From positions 160,001 to 224,000 of the forward strand of contig CAYYQL010000001.1 in the NCBI GenBank assembly GCA_964473825.1: a stretch of 64,000 nt of DNA, in the 5' to 3' direction. Below, piece after piece: positions 1 to 9,398 of this stretch. The translations under genes and the position numbers were made by a program. The notes beneath the pieces were generated by a model. The model was not told the DNA's origin and did not search any database. It saw only the letters and a program-made list of their open reading frames with translations. Positions within the stretch are counted from its first letter, which is position 1, and each line of letters starts with the position of its first letter. The stretch is from an uncultured archaeon. GTDB lineage: Archaea > Asgardarchaeota > Thorarchaeia > Thorarchaeales > Thorarchaeaceae.

Positions 1-1
1 C

Positions 2-934
2 ATATTCTTGCTCTACCTCGCCATATCTATCTTAGAAGACACAGGGTATCTCTCACGGGCAGCCTTCGTGATGGACAGATGGATGACAAAGATGGGACTC
101 CAGGGACGTTCGTTCATTCCGCTACTCCTTGGATTTGGATGCAGCGTCGCTTCAGTCATGGCGGCCCGTACAGTGGATGGTGAATCGAATCGTTTGACAA
201 CGATATTGGTCAGTCCATTGATGTCCTGCGCAGGACGACTGCCGTTGTACATACTCATCGCGGGGGTCTTCTTCCCGAACTTCGCAGGAACCATAGTATT
301 CTTGATGTATATCATCGGAATTATCATGGCAATCATCATATCTATGGTCCTCAAACGAACTATTCTGAAGGAAGAGTCTTCACCCCTCATCATGGAGCTA
401 TCTATGTATCAACTGCCAACGCTACACGGCTCTTTCCGACATATGTGGGATAGAGGAGTTCTCTTCTTGAAGCAGGCGGGCACCTTTCTTCTTGCAGGAA
501 GCCTTATTGTCTGGGGGCTCTCTGCTTTTGGACCCGGAGGATACGGCGTTCCAGTTGAGCAATCATTCATCGCCATCATTGGTGCCAGCATGCAACCCTT
601 CTTCGCTCATCTGGGATTCACATGGCATGTCGTTGCTGCGCTCATCTTTGGCTTTGTTGCAAAAGAAGCGGTTGTTCAGTCCCTATCAATAATCTTCTCT
701 GTTTCAGGAGAGACCGCTATCGAGACCGCACTAATGGCAACTCTAAGTCCACTGTCGGCTTTTGCACTCATGCTATTCGTTCTTCTCTATGTTCCCTGTC
801 TTGCGACTGTTGGAGCTGTCAAGAAGGAGACAGGTTCATGGGGGTGGACCGCATTTTCAGTAGCCTATCAGGTCCTTCTCGCGTATGGTATGGCGTCGCT
901 CGTTGTTCTCATAGGGGGGTATTTCTTTGGCTGA
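2..934 (+). CDS. feoB: Ferrous iron transporter FeoB, C-terminal part (5'-truncated by window edge)
   Basis: Gate/C-terminal motifs LEDTGYLSRAAFVMD, GRSFIPLLLGFGCSV, MSCAGRLP, GFVAKEAVV, LYVPCLAT; frame is open from base 2. Confidence 0.95.
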   Translation: MFLLYLAISILEDTGYLSRAAFVMDRWMTKMGLQGRSFIPLLLGFGCSVASVMAARTVDGESNRLTTILVSPLMSCAGRLPLYILIAGVFFPNFAGTIVFLMYIIGIIMAIIISMVLKRTILKEESSPLIMELSMYQLPTLHGSFRHMWDRGVLFLKQAGTFLLAGSLIVWGLSAFGPGGYGVPVEQSFIAIIGASMQPFFAHLGFTWHVVAALIFGFVAKEAVVQSLSIIFSVSGETAIETALMATLSPLSAFALMLFVLLYVPCLATVGAVKKETGSWGWTAFSVAYQVLLAYGMASLVVLIGGYFFG

Positions 935-1394
935 GATTCCAGAGAACCTGAACAAGGACGCACTCATGCTGGCACTCGTGCTAGGAGGTGCTTACCTTGT
1001 AACGGGAATCGTGCAGATGGGAGTTTCTCTCGGGTTACTCCCACAGATCACAGGAATGACCGACTTCCTTGGAGGCCTCTTGCTAGTAGTGGTTGCCTCA
1101 GTCTTCCTTACTGGCGTAAGACCGATTCGAGGGGGAAAACGTGAGGGTGTATCCTTTGTGGTCGTTGGGATCATGATAGCGGGCCTAATCTGTGCGGTAC
1201 AGCTGGTCATAATTGGCACCGGGACGCTCGGTTGGTTACTAGGATATGAGGACTGGAGCGATTGGAAAGTGCAACAGTATTTCACTCCCTCCATCTGGCT
1301 TTTCGTCATCACACTCGCAGTCCTTGGCCTTTCCAGCGCATTTGGCCGACTCCGTGAAAATGAACAGCAGATATCAGGAGGGCAGGGTCATTGA
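927..1394 (+). CDS. Hypothetical 4-TM membrane protein in the feo operon
   Basis: Overlaps feoB stop; four hydrophobic segments; TTG start. Confidence 0.75.
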   Translation: MAEIPENLNKDALMLALVLGGAYLVTGIVQMGVSLGLLPQITGMTDFLGGLLLVVVASVFLTGVRPIRGGKREGVSFVVVGIMIAGLICAVQLVIIGTGTLGWLLGYEDWSDWKVQQYFTPSIWLFVITLAVLGLSSAFGRLRENEQQISGGQGH

Positions 1395-1681
1395 TAAAGA
1401 AGATACTTCGTTTCATCATCGCTGAGGAGATGCTTACTGAGAAACAAATCGCGAAAAGGATGGGCATTCAAGAGGCCACACTTCAGGATATCCTCCAACT
1501 GCTGGTTCGCAGAGGTCTCTTACGACCTGGCCAATGCACTGCACCTAGAGACGCGGGCTGTTCATCATGCCCAATGGCATCTGGTTGCAATCTGATAGGC
1601 GATCTGGGTGAAACCTACTATGTAACCGAAAAGGGGAAGATGTACGCCCTTGCAGGAGAGGATCATCGTGACCCTAAGTGA
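1391..1681 (+). CDS. FeoC-like winged-helix protein with Cys cluster
   Basis: wHTH-like pattern (QIAKRMGIQEATLQDILQLLVRRGLL) followed by C-x7-C-x2-C-x5-C; located in feoB operon. Confidence 0.75.
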   Translation: MIKKILRFIIAEEMLTEKQIAKRMGIQEATLQDILQLLVRRGLLRPGQCTAPRDAGCSSCPMASGCNLIGDLGETYYVTEKGKMYALAGEDHRDPK

Positions 1682-2054
1682 TGCCATGGAGATGTATGTG
1701 AAGACGATTCACAGACTGGAGGTGAAGAAGGGTTCAGCAAGCGTGTCGGAGATTGCTCAAGCAATGGAAGTCAAAGCGCCCAGTGTTACAGTGGCCCTAA
1801 GGAAGCTCTCCGACCTGAAGATGGTTGATTATGAGCGATATAAGACCGTGAATCTCACAAAGAAGGGCAGAAGAGTCGCCTTGGAGCTTGAGAAGACCTA
1901 CCACGTACTGAAGCAGTTCTTCATGCTTCTAGGCATTGATGAAGAGATAGCCGAAATGGATGCCTGTAAGATTGAACACATGATCCATACAGAAACATTT
2001 GAGAGGATTCTGGATTTTGTGAAGTCATCCACTGAGCAAAAAGGCAATCCGTAG
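1668..2054 (+). CDS. DtxR/MntR family metal-dependent repressor
   Basis: EMYVKTI, EIAQAMEVKAPSVT, LTKKG, ACKIEH motifs; GTG start at 1668 chosen because GGAGAGG lies just upstream. Confidence 0.9.
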   Translation: MTLSDAMEMYVKTIHRLEVKKGSASVSEIAQAMEVKAPSVTVALRKLSDLKMVDYERYKTVNLTKKGRRVALELEKTYHVLKQFFMLLGIDEEIAEMDACKIEHMIHTETFERILDFVKSSTEQKGNP

Positions 2055-2122
2055 GGGCGCAGCATTCAGTGAGCCAACTACAGATTGTTCTAGTGGTCTG
2101 GGCTCAGGCCATTGTTCTTGCT

Positions 2123-3460
2123 TCATGAAAGACATTTTGATAGAGAATCAACAGACTCTCTCTCAAGATTGTCAATCACGCCTATCATTTCGCGAGTCTT
2201 CTCGTCTCCAACGTATTCAGAAGCTACAAACAGTAGATTCTCTCGAACCTCCTCTGGACTAAGACTTGGAAAGTCCTCGCCTTCGATAGAGTACTTCGAA
2301 CCATCGTCCGTGAGTATCTCTACGGAGTTATAGAAGCTCTCATAGGATTCGTTCATCTTAACATCAACCAATGTTGCCAGAGTACTCACATCCTTGTTCT
2401 CGTACTTGGAAACGGTATGCGGGAGCACCGTGCCGAAACGCAACGCAATGCCTGTTGCGCACGGCAATGATTTGTAGGCCTGTGTCTTGTTTACGTATGG
2501 TCCAGAGTCAAGAATCGAGGCTGCAAGAGGGCCGTGAGTGACACGAGGCCCAGCTACAATCTCAATCGACTTTATGTCATCCCAGCTGATATCTTCTCTC
2601 TCACGAAGCACAACTACGTTGTGAATGACTGGGAGAATTGAAGTAATCACTGAATAAGGTTTGAGGGTGGCCTTGGGTGTTAGGAACTCCTTTGCCATCT
2701 TGTCCGGTAACTCCTCAGCTTCTTCGGGAACTAGACCGCAGAAGGCCTTCAGGAATCCCTTTGGGCCGGCAAAGGATGAACGAGCTCCGTTTGCTCCGCG
2801 CTCAGCAAGCAGCGCGCTCACGAGACCATTCTGAGCAGCAAGGCCACTAGCATATAGCCATTCAGGAGTCCCTTCTAGCCAACACTGCATCAAACCCCCG
2901 GCCATATTGGTAGAATGCGATAGAGCGTCAGCAATCTGTAAGCTATCGAGGCCTAGCATCTTGGCAGATGTTGCGGCAACCCCGAGAACACCGTAGATAG
3001 TTGTCCCCCTCCACCCGTTAGGGCTTGTATACTTGGCAAAGGCCTCTCCAACATGAAGATTAATCTCATACCCTGCGACTATCGACTCAAGCAAGGAGGC
3101 GCCGTTTCCCTCACGTTCCTCACCAATCGCAATTGCCGCCGGGATAGTATGAGGGCCGGGATGAAGGCCACGATAAGTGTCTTCTTGCTGAACTCCATGC
3201 ATCAATGTTGCGTTAACAAATGCCGCCAGTGGCGCAGAGGTCTTTCGCTTCCTACCAAGAACCGTGGAATTCCCCTCACCCCGAATGTCATCTAGCGCAA
3301 TCGATGCAGCAATCTGCGTCTCATCCTCACTTATCCCTGCATAGCCCGTATACAAGTGATGCAGAATCAAGGTCTTGGCATGTTCCACTACGTCTCCAGG
3401 AAGAGACTTGTAAGAAATCTCATCTACGAAGTTGGCAATCCTCTCATCTAATGTTGTCAT
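2123..3460 (-). CDS. MmgE/PrpD family protein (divergent copy)
   Basis: 445 aa; AAFVNATLMHGVQQEDT..HPG, IVAGYEI, AAQNGLVSALLAERG, GPKGF. Confidence 0.85.
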   Translation of the reverse strand: MTTLDERIANFVDEISYKSLPGDVVEHAKTLILHHLYTGYAGISEDETQIAASIALDDIRGEGNSTVLGRKRKTSAPLAAFVNATLMHGVQQEDTYRGLHPGPHTIPAAIAIGEEREGNGASLLESIVAGYEINLHVGEAFAKYTSPNGWRGTTIYGVLGVAATSAKMLGLDSLQIADALSHSTNMAGGLMQCWLEGTPEWLYASGLAAQNGLVSALLAERGANGARSSFAGPKGFLKAFCGLVPEEAEELPDKMAKEFLTPKATLKPYSVITSILPVIHNVVVLREREDISWDDIKSIEIVAGPRVTHGPLAASILDSGPYVNKTQAYKSLPCATGIALRFGTVLPHTVSKYENKDVSTLATLVDVKMNESYESFYNSVEILTDDGSKYSIEGEDFPSLSPEEVRENLLFVASEYVGDEKTREMIGVIDNLERESVDSLSKCLS

Positions 3461-3506
3461 TGCTTCCTACTCTCCATTCGTTCTTGAGAAGTGTCATATC
3501 TATGCT

Positions 3507-4292
3507 TCAAACTATATTCACTCCGTGAGGGCTCAGAACGGCTCTTCGAATGGAACCATAGATGGAAGCGAGGGTGTACTCTCCCGTCACCCCCTTGATG
3601 GCAGAAGACCGCTTTATCTCAAGGACTGTGCCCTCACCCCTTGCAACAATATGCTGTACTGCATCATCTGATGTGGGATCAGCTATGAGAACTGCACGAG
3701 TCTTGTCGAAGCCAATCCCTGCTAGGGCCACAATCGCATGTGAGTTCACGTTTCTAGGAAACATACTGCATATTCCTCTCGCGGGTCCATCGTATAGTAC
3801 GGTGGGCTTCGTGATGTCTGCCGTACTATATTTGTCTGTGTAGCTGAAGTCTATGTTCCGGGGGTTCTTTGTAGTGGTTATTGTGACTTCGTCAAGTGTG
3901 TGCTTCGCATCAAAAAGCCCATCCATTCCCAACAATGCGCCGTGTGGAATGAATAAACGTGTTCCATTCGTCGCACAGATATCCCCGAGCTCGTCATAGA
4001 ACTCTGCATCAGCCAGAGCTGTCACTGACAAAACCATCAAATCATTCGATTTCAAAATCTTGGGAGCCAACTCTCTGACAACAGCTGAGTTTGCTGCTTC
4101 CACAATTAGGTCAACAGCCCGATTCCCAATTTGCTCGGGACTGCTAAGCACCCTTCTCTCATCGAGCGCTTTCGTCTTTTCCGGATCTGCGTCAAGCGCA
4201 AAATCAAGAGAAACGTTCTCATCATTTTCAGTCATCTCATACACGTAAAATCCAATTCGTCCGAATCCAATTAGACCGATTTTCTTATCCAT
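3507..4292 (-). CDS. Aspartate dehydrogenase-like NAD(P)-dependent oxidoreductase
   Basis: GLIGFGRIG Rossmann motif, LIVEAA, LSVTALAD, GALLGMDG, TKNP, FPRNVN; ATG at 4292 preferred over GTG at 4310. Confidence 0.85.
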   Translation of the reverse strand: MDKKIGLIGFGRIGFYVYEMTENDENVSLDFALDADPEKTKALDERRVLSSPEQIGNRAVDLIVEAANSAVVRELAPKILKSNDLMVLSVTALADAEFYDELGDICATNGTRLFIPHGALLGMDGLFDAKHTLDEVTITTTKNPRNIDFSYTDKYSTADITKPTVLYDGPARGICSMFPRNVNSHAIVALAGIGFDKTRAVLIADPTSDDAVQHIVARGEGTVLEIKRSSAIKGVTGEYTLASIYGSIRRAVLSPHGVNIV

Positions 4293-4383
4293 AGTATCAC
4301 CAGAAATCACTCTGTATTCGCCTTTGAATATCTACAGCAATGTAAGATTTTTATAATATTCCGATATTTAACTCTTGGCGACA

Positions 4384-4400
4384 AATATTCTAGGAATATT
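4384..4400. promoter_or_regulatory. Palindrome AATATTC-TAG-GAATATT, candidate operator in a divergent promoter
   Basis: Perfect 7-3-7 inverted repeat between divergent operons; half-site recurs in other island promoters. Confidence 0.5.
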
Positions 4401-4784
4401 ATTGACCGATTGGTAATGGGGCGCTTCATGTGTATTTCAGTGTGATCACAACCGTTTCCCTGGTCTCGTTTGAACTGACAATCATAGAAACGTTGGGAAA
4501 GACATCAATGACACAAAAAAGGTGTAACTGCCGTCATCAGAGAAGCGCAAAAACAGCCACGTTTTCCCACATTCAGCCATTCCAATGTAATGGCCTCACA
4601 AATCCTGACTCTTTGTCTAATGACAGGGGATTGCTTTCACTCGGGTTTCAGATGAGCCGTAGGCGCAAGAAAGTTTCTCGGCGCCTCACCTCAGCACTAA
4701 AGAGAAAATAAGCTCGAAAACCGCGATGCTGACATTATTTATCCATTATTGCAATAGGGAAGTCTATTTTACTCTAAACGACAC

Positions 4785-4800
4785 TTTTATATCGAATATT
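4785..4800 (+). promoter_or_regulatory. Candidate TATA box (TTTTATAT) followed by a GAATATT half-site
   Basis: AT-rich TATA-like element about 45 bp upstream of the dppB start. Confidence 0.45.
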
Positions 4801-4835
4801 TCGGCCTGTGCCCCTACGCCTGAGGATGATGACCC

Positions 4836-5843
4836 ATGGGTTTCAAGAAGTACATTCTGAACCGAATAGTAACGATGGCGCTCGTCATATTCTTCATGAT
4901 GACCTTCATCTTCATCGTGATTCACATAATCCCCGGTGACCCTGTTCTTAACATGGTTGGCGAGGATGCACCTCCAGAAGTAATTGAGAAAGTTCGAGCT
5001 GATCTAGGACTCGACCAACCTTTGCACTTGCAATACTTCGACTATATGCTGGGTGCCTTTACTGGAAACTTCGGAAGATCCTTCATTCTCAGGGAGGATG
5101 TTTCATTTCTGATATGGCAACGTGCAGGAGTCACTATACAACTGGCAATTCTTGCGTGGATTTTCTCTGTCGTAATCGGAATAGCAGTCGGAAGGAGGAG
5201 TGCTCGCCACGCAGGTAAGATGGAGGATCATGTGACTAGATTGGCAACTCTGTCTTTATACGCAATCCCGGTCTTCGTTCTTGGGGTTATTTGCCAGCTT
5301 ATATTCGGAGTCTACCTAGAGGTGTTGCCCATCTTTGGCACTCGAAGCCCAGGAATCAGGCCACCGCCTATTACTGGGATGATACTCTTCGATTCATTGC
5401 TTGCCGGGGATTTTGTTGCCTTTGTTGATGCGTTCTCACATTTCCTTCTGCCTTCCCTCGTACTCGCATCCGGGTATGCTGCAGTTACAATAAGGCTAAC
5501 ACGGTCTGAAACTCTGAAAGCGATGAAACGGAGTTATTGCCTTCTTGCAGAAGCAAAAGGCATGTCTGAAAAGACAATCGTGAACAAACATGCGTTCAGA
5601 AATGCGCTCCTACCTGTGGTGACGATTACGGCCATGCAAGCGGGGGCGCTTTTGACCGGCTCGGTTCTGATTGAATCCGTGTTCGTTCTGAATGGTCTAG
5701 GCTCACTATTGCTAACCGCTGCAACGTTAAGAGACTACATACTTACTCAAGGAGTGGTTACCCTATTCGTTCTAACTAATGCAGTTATCGGGCTTCTTAT
5801 CGATATATCATACTACTATCTGGATCCAAGAATGAGATTCTAA
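4836..5843 (+). CDS. dppB: Peptide/nickel ABC transporter permease (DppB/OppB)
   Basis: IPGDPV, LGLDQPLHLQY, HAFRNALLPVVT, YYYLDPR. Confidence 0.93.
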   Translation: MGFKKYILNRIVTMALVIFFMMTFIFIVIHIIPGDPVLNMVGEDAPPEVIEKVRADLGLDQPLHLQYFDYMLGAFTGNFGRSFILREDVSFLIWQRAGVTIQLAILAWIFSVVIGIAVGRRSARHAGKMEDHVTRLATLSLYAIPVFVLGVICQLIFGVYLEVLPIFGTRSPGIRPPPITGMILFDSLLAGDFVAFVDAFSHFLLPSLVLASGYAAVTIRLTRSETLKAMKRSYCLLAEAKGMSEKTIVNKHAFRNALLPVVTITAMQAGALLTGSVLIESVFVLNGLGSLLLTAATLRDYILTQGVVTLFVLTNAVIGLLIDISYYYLDPRMRF

Positions 5844-5882
5844 TCTGAACAGCTAATAGACTGAGAGAGGTATAGAAAGACC

Positions 5883-6800
5883 ATGCAGATAAGTGAAAAC
5901 AGCAGACGGCCGTTAGAAGTACTAAAGGAATACTTCTCAAAGGCAGGGGACAGGATAAAGGAAAGCAAGTTGTGGTCGCTTCAGAGGGTAGACCAAGCTT
6001 CGTTCCTTCTTGGTCTGGGACTCGTCCTGTTTGTTGTACTCCTTGGGCTTGTCGCGGACTTTATAGCACCTTATAGCCCGACGACGATCTATCCTGAAAA
6101 CGTTCTCGAACCTCCTGGTTTCCGAAATATCTTCGGCACTGACACACTCGGTAGGGATGTATGGAGTAGGATTCTCTTCGGGGCAAGAGTATCATTGCTT
6201 GTTGGATTGATATCTGTGCTCATAGCCTCGAGTGTTGGGGTGTTACTCGGGGTCCTCGCTGGTTACTATGGTGGATGGCTAGACCGTCTTCTGACTTTAC
6301 CGATGGATGGTCTTTATGCGTTTCCAGCCTTTCTCACAGCTTTGCTTGTTTCTGTGGCCTTAGGTGGAGGGCCATTGTATACCTCTATCGCAGTTGCTAT
6401 TGGCCTCGTCCCCAGATTCTACAGAACGATAAGGAGCGCAGCTGTATCAATCTCTGAAGAGGAATTCATAGAAGCAGAAGTATCACTCGGTGCTAGCGAT
6501 TTGTACATCGTCTTTCGTCATGTACTACCGCTGACCTTCTCGGTTCTTGTTGTTGTGTTCACAATAAGTGTTGCTACAGCCATACTAAGCATATCGGGTC
6601 TTGGTTTCCTTGGCCTGGGAGTACCTCCGCCAACACCGGAGTGGGGTTCTGACCTAGCGGCGGCCCGCCCGTCCATACTATCGGGCGTCTGGTGGACGAC
6701 CATGGTTCCGTCGGCCTTCATATTCATAACAGTACTAGGATTTAGTCTGCTCGGAGATTCATTGAACAAGATTCTCGGAACTTCGTTAGAGGAGATATAG
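5883..6800 (+). CDS. dppC: Peptide/nickel ABC transporter permease (DppC/OppC)
   Basis: FGTDTLGRDVWSRILFGARVSL, LGFLGLGVPPPTPEWG. Confidence 0.93.
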   Translation: MQISENSRRPLEVLKEYFSKAGDRIKESKLWSLQRVDQASFLLGLGLVLFVVLLGLVADFIAPYSPTTIYPENVLEPPGFRNIFGTDTLGRDVWSRILFGARVSLLVGLISVLIASSVGVLLGVLAGYYGGWLDRLLTLPMDGLYAFPAFLTALLVSVALGGGPLYTSIAVAIGLVPRFYRTIRSAAVSISEEEFIEAEVSLGASDLYIVFRHVLPLTFSVLVVVFTISVATAILSISGLGFLGLGVPPPTPEWGSDLAAARPSILSGVWWTTMVPSAFIFITVLGFSLLGDSLNKILGTSLEEI

Positions 6801-6803
6801 AGA

Positions 6804-7772
6804 ATGAGTGAAATACTGACAGTCAAAGACTTGAAGACACGCTACTTCACTGCCTTGGGTCCCGTGAAAGCCGTCGATGGATGCAGTCTTGGCCTAAGCG
6901 AGAACGAAACACTTGGAATTGCAGGCGAGTCAGGATGTGGCAAGACAACTCTGGCGATGTCCATTCTGCGTCTAATCCACCCTCCGCATAAGGTAATCGA
7001 GGGGTCGGTCATCTACAAGGGTGTTGACCTGATGGCCCTCGATAAGAGAGAATTCGGTGAATACCGCTGGAATGACCTTGCACTGGTTTTGCAGCAATCG
7101 ATGCATGCCCTCAATCCCATGTTTAGGATTTCCGACCAGATGATTGAGCCTCTAACCAGATATGACGACTTCAATAAGCAGGAAGCACTAGACAAGGCGG
7201 GAAGACTTCTTGAATTGGTAGGGATGGATCCGTCTAGGATAAGTAACTACCCTCACGAGTTCTCAGGTGGAATGAAACAAAGAGTCCTCATTGCGATGTC
7301 ATTGATATCAGATCCAAAGGTCTTGTTCTTGGACGAGCCCACTACAGCTCTAGATGTTGTAGTTCAACATTCGATTCTCAAGATGATTCACGAGCTCAAG
7401 GTGAAATTGGGTCTCTCAGTGATGTGGATTACTCATGACCTTGCTGTCTTGTCAGAGGTGTGTGAACGGATTACGATTATGTACGCGGGCAGAATCATGG
7501 AAACGGGATATGCTGAGGATTTGATTCTAGATCCCAAGCACCCATACACAATGGGACTCCTCGGATCTTTCCCCACTATAGACCGGCTGGATAAGGAACT
7601 GACTGCAATACCGGGCAGTCCCCCGAATTTGCTGAGTCCACCTCGCGGATGTCCCTTCAATCCCAGATGCCCGTATATGACTGAAATATGCAAACAGGTC
7701 AAGCCAATCGGAGAGCCTATCGAAGGACGTAAGAAATCCTATATCGAATGCCATAACTGGAGAGAGGTTTGA
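6804..7772 (+). CDS. dppD: Peptide ABC transporter ATPase (DppD/OppD)
   Basis: GESGCGKT, YPHEFSGGMKQR, DEPTTALD, HPYT, C-terminal GCPFNPRC. Confidence 0.95.
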   Translation: MSEILTVKDLKTRYFTALGPVKAVDGCSLGLSENETLGIAGESGCGKTTLAMSILRLIHPPHKVIEGSVIYKGVDLMALDKREFGEYRWNDLALVLQQSMHALNPMFRISDQMIEPLTRYDDFNKQEALDKAGRLLELVGMDPSRISNYPHEFSGGMKQRVLIAMSLISDPKVLFLDEPTTALDVVVQHSILKMIHELKVKLGLSVMWITHDLAVLSEVCERITIMYAGRIMETGYAEDLILDPKHPYTMGLLGSFPTIDRLDKELTAIPGSPPNLLSPPRGCPFNPRCPYMTEICKQVKPIGEPIEGRKKSYIECHNWREV

Positions 7773-7776
7773 TTCA

Positions 7777-8805
7777 ATGTCAAGCAGAGATGAAGCCAAA
7801 TCGGCTATAATCCAGACTCAGAACTTGAAGAAATGGTTCCCTCTAAGTAAGGGACTGGGCGAGATCATATCCAGAGCCCCAAGCGCATATGTCAAGGCTG
7901 TCGATGGCGTTGACATTGTGATTGAAGATGGGACCACATATGGCATAGTAGGAGAGAGTGGCTGTGGAAAGACTACACTCGGAAAGCTTCTGATTCGCCT
8001 ATTAGAACCCACGGACGGATCTCTACAGTTCATCGGTCATGACATCACCCATCTTGGGAGAAAGGAGATGAAACCACTACGTCGCCAGATGCAGATCATC
8101 TATCAGGATCCATTCTCGAGCCTGCCCGTCAGGCTGACGGCAGACGAGATACTCACTGAGCCGTTCCGAATCCATAAGATATGCGAGTGCAAAGAAGAAA
8201 AAGACGAAAGAGTCTACAAGCTCCTTGAAGATGTTGGATTGGAACCTCCGGAAATCTTCCTCGGCAAACATCCCAATCAGATTAGTGGCGGGCAACGGCA
8301 GAGACTCAGTATTGCAAGAGCACTTGCGCTAAATCCTAAATTCATAGTGGCAGATGAGCCTGTTTCTATGTTGGATTTATCAGTCAGAGCTGGAATACTC
8401 AACCTACTTCGACAACTAAAGGATGAGCATGACCTCACCATGTTGCTCATAACGCACGATTTGGCTAGCGCCCAGTATATGTGCAAGACGATTGGCATTA
8501 TGTATCTCGGACGGATAGCAGAAGAAGGCCCAAGCAAGGATGTCTTGGAAGAACCATATCACCCATATACGATGCTCCTCAAATCCGCCTTGGCTACGCT
8601 CGACCCTAGAACCAAGCATCACCTACAGGAGCTCCCAACTGAAGCTGAGATTCCCAGCGCAATCGATCTACCACCTGGTTGCAGATTTAGTACACGATGT
8701 GTTTATTCTAAGGACATCTGCAGGAAAGAGGAGCCACAGCTAAGGGATTTTGGAGGAAGAAGAGTTGCTTGCCATGGGGTCGACAACTGGATTGAAGAGA
8801 ATTAA
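7777..8805 (+). CDS. dppF: Peptide ABC transporter ATPase (DppF/OppF)
   Basis: GESGCGKT, SGGQRQR, DEPVSMLD, HPYT, GCRFSTRC. Confidence 0.95.
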   Translation: MSSRDEAKSAIIQTQNLKKWFPLSKGLGEIISRAPSAYVKAVDGVDIVIEDGTTYGIVGESGCGKTTLGKLLIRLLEPTDGSLQFIGHDITHLGRKEMKPLRRQMQIIYQDPFSSLPVRLTADEILTEPFRIHKICECKEEKDERVYKLLEDVGLEPPEIFLGKHPNQISGGQRQRLSIARALALNPKFIVADEPVSMLDLSVRAGILNLLRQLKDEHDLTMLLITHDLASAQYMCKTIGIMYLGRIAEEGPSKDVLEEPYHPYTMLLKSALATLDPRTKHHLQELPTEAEIPSAIDLPPGCRFSTRCVYSKDICRKEEPQLRDFGGRRVACHGVDNWIEEN

Positions 8806-9249
8806 CTCAACTGCTACGTAATTTCATTCGCCATGATTGCAAGAGATACTTGCTGATGAGAAACCATTCACCCGTTTTGGACTAGAACAACCGAGGAGGC
8901 GGTTCTCAATACTGAAAGCATCGGTTCTCTAACGCACCCATACTGGTGAAATACCGCACCATACAGGTATCCGTGTTTCGACCAATGTCCTCCGTTTCTT
9001 CTCAGAACTCAGAGTTGCATTCACTGAACTTGATTAGAGAGGAAACCAACTACCCCATTGAAGAAGGACGCTGAAAGTAATATCGCTACACCGTTCATTG
9101 CATGTTGGACAGACTTGGATACCAGAGAGTTGTCCCCCAAATAACGGCACTGGGTGGTCTCCGTCGTGGCCAAGGATGGTGTGTGAGGGACCAGCCCTCA
9201 ATCATAGGTTGGAGGTATAAACTCGTATGCTGAAATGTCCACCTTTGTC

Positions 9250-9300
9250 CAAGGTTTCTGTAGCTGTTGGTGCACCCGTGAGCCGCACACAGAAACCTTG
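9250..9300. repeat. 12-bp perfect inverted repeat (CAAGGTTTCTGT / ACAGAAACCTTG)
   Basis: Arms at 9250-9261 and 9289-9300 with a 27-nt spacer, in a ~590 bp intergenic gap. Confidence 0.8.
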
Positions 9301-9398
9301 AAGGCTACAAACTAATAATCAGTTTTTATTCTCAACAATAACAAGAGAAGTAACCTATTTATGGCGGAAATGTCTCTTTATTCCCGAGTCGATATAAT

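Noticed and set aside
4430-4711. 93-aa ORF and imperfect hairpin (4661-4686) in the divergent promoter gap
   Set aside because: No recognisable motif or ribosome-binding site; likely chance
9170-9215. SAM-I riboswitch-like GAGGGACCAGCCC
   Set aside because: Flanking conserved elements (ATCxAGAG, GCAACC) are absent
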